From Actinomycetota bacterium (GTDB lineage: Bacteria > Actinomycetota > Thermoleophilia > Gaiellales > Gaiellaceae): 64,000 nt of DNA. The notes under the pieces are model-generated. The model searched no databases. It was not told the origin of the DNA and saw only the letters and a list, made by a program, of their open reading frames with translations. Shown one piece after another: positions 63,193-64,000 of this stretch. The translations under genes and the position numbers were made by a program. Where the stretch lies: the NCBI GenBank assembly GCA_005884005.1, contig VAWI01000014.1, positions 6,649 to 70,648 of the forward strand, given 5' to 3'. The first letter of the stretch is position 1. Every line of letters starts with the position of its first letter.

Positions 63193-64000
63193 ATGGCGGC
63201 GGTCTCGAGATCGCGCCGCGCAAGCGCGGCGGTGCTTCCCTTTCCCGACGCCGGCCGGCTTCGGAGCCTCACGCTCGCGCGAGTTCTGCCATCGGGTCGC
63301 GCGCTTCTGGTCGGGTTCGCTCTTCTCGGGGCCGGCGTCCTCGCCTACGTGGGTGCTCGAGAGACGTCTCTCTTCGCCTTGCGAACTGTCAAGATCAGCG
63401 GCGCGCCACCCCGCGTGGTCGCCCACGTCGAGCAGGCGCTCAGCCCGCTCCGAGGCTACAGCTTGCTCGCACTGAACCAGGGGGAAATCGAGCGCCGCGT
63501 CGCGGGGCTCTCTGACGTCGCCCGCGTTTCGTTCGACCGTGACTTCCCACATACCCTCCGCGTCTTCGTGACGCCCGCACACTCGATCGCAGTCCTCCGG
63601 CGCGGAGCATCGGCTTGGATCGTCTCGAGCGACGGGCGGGTCGTTCGCACCACCGGCCTGTTTGCAGCCCCCAACCTGCCGCGCATCTGGGTCGCGCGGA
63701 GCGTCGGCGTCGAGGTGGGCATGCCGCTTGCCGACGCGGACGCGGACCGCGCCGTCCACGCACTCGCGATCGTACGAGGTGCTGGGTTCGGGAGGCGGAT
63801 AGCGGCCGTTCGAGCAACGGACCGGGAGCTCACCTTCGTCCTCGCAGGCGGGCCCGAGATTCGATGCGGGGATGCCACATCTCTACGGCTCAAGCTGGCG
63901 GTCGCTTCACGCATGCTTCCGCTCGTGCAATCGACGAGCGGGTACGTCGACGTGGCGGTCCCGGCTCGCCCGATCGCAGGCGGCAACCCTAAAGTCGCAG
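63193..64000 (+). CDS. ftsQ: cell division protein FtsQ (5' part; runs off the window end)
   Basis: It is absent from the ORF track because no stop lies in the window. My translation from ATG 63193 gives MAAVSRSRRASAAVLPFPDAG..., then a TM helix (LLVGFALLGAGVLAYV) and a POTRA-like region (LRTVKISGAPPRVVAHVEQAL...VSFDRDFPHTLRVFV). An in-frame TAG lies at 63157. Confidence 0.75.
   Translation, partial: MAAVSRSRRASAAVLPFPDAGRLRSLTLARVLPSGRALLVGFALLGAGVLAYVGARETSLFALRTVKISGAPPRVVAHVEQALSPLRGYSLLALNQGEIERRVAGLSDVARVSFDRDFPHTLRVFVTPAHSIAVLRRGASAWIVSSDGRVVRTTGLFAAPNLPRIWVARSVGVEVGMPLADADADRAVHALAIVRGAGFGRRIAAVRATDRELTFVLAGGPEIRCGDATSLRLKLAVASRMLPLVQSTSGYVDVAVPARPIAGGNPKVA

Noticed and set aside
63065-63475. 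136-aa plus-strand ORF listed in the track downstream of murB.
   Set aside because: It is out of frame with, and overlaps, an open frame that translates into a convincing FtsQ (TM helix + POTRA), which the track omitted because it has no stop in the window. The 136-aa product is Arg/Ser/Gly-rich junk.
1-64000. Search for CRISPR arrays, tRNA/rRNA/tmRNA/RNase P genes, transposases, integrases, phage or defence modules.
   Set aside because: I saw no regularly spaced direct repeats, no T-loop/acceptor-like tRNA signatures, and none of the universal RNA motifs I looked for. No ORF has transposase, integrase, restriction, reverse-transcriptase or toxin hallmarks. This was inspection by eye, so short or degenerate elements could have been missed.

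Overview
This is a 64-kb window of a very GC-rich bacterial chromosome (about 70% G+C by eye, with GC3-saturated codons). Gene content and order suggest an Actinomycetota-type lineage. The pointers are rel, queA-tgt-yajC-secDF, a complete mraZ-to-ftsQ dcw cluster, many 4-nt start/stop overlaps, frequent GTG/TTG starts, and several zinc-ribbon/coiled-coil membrane proteins. Thermoleophilia/Rubrobacteria-like is only my guess. I call about 63 protein-coding genes. I see no rRNA, tRNA, CRISPR array, transposase, integrase, prophage or recognisable defence island. Most of the window is ordinary core genome, and I found no clear-cut novel system. Eight things deserve a second look. (1) A tightly coupled plus-strand cluster at 14369-20370 links phosphate uptake (DUF47 + PiT), a metallophosphoesterase, the archaeal-type cyclic 2,3-diphosphoglycerate pathway pair (cDPG synthetase-like + 2-phosphoglycerate kinase-like), class II FBPase and DUF59. 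(2) A 166-nt almost perfectly self-complementary element at 30031-30196 lies between two divergent genes. (3) Two inverted copies of a roughly 100-nt repeat end in a perfect 12-bp hairpin and bracket a four-gene envelope module (9005-12124). (4) A family of sequence-related 13-bp-stem/3-nt-loop hairpins sits just after stop codons. (5) hpt has no ATG/GTG/TTG start available. (6) The dcw cluster is interrupted by an oppositely oriented PBP2 gene plus a 392-nt gap. (7) Phased MraZ-type boxes abut mraZ. (8) A DtxR/IdeR-like box lies in front of mntH. All functional calls come from reading the supplied translations and sequence by eye. No database search or folding program was run.
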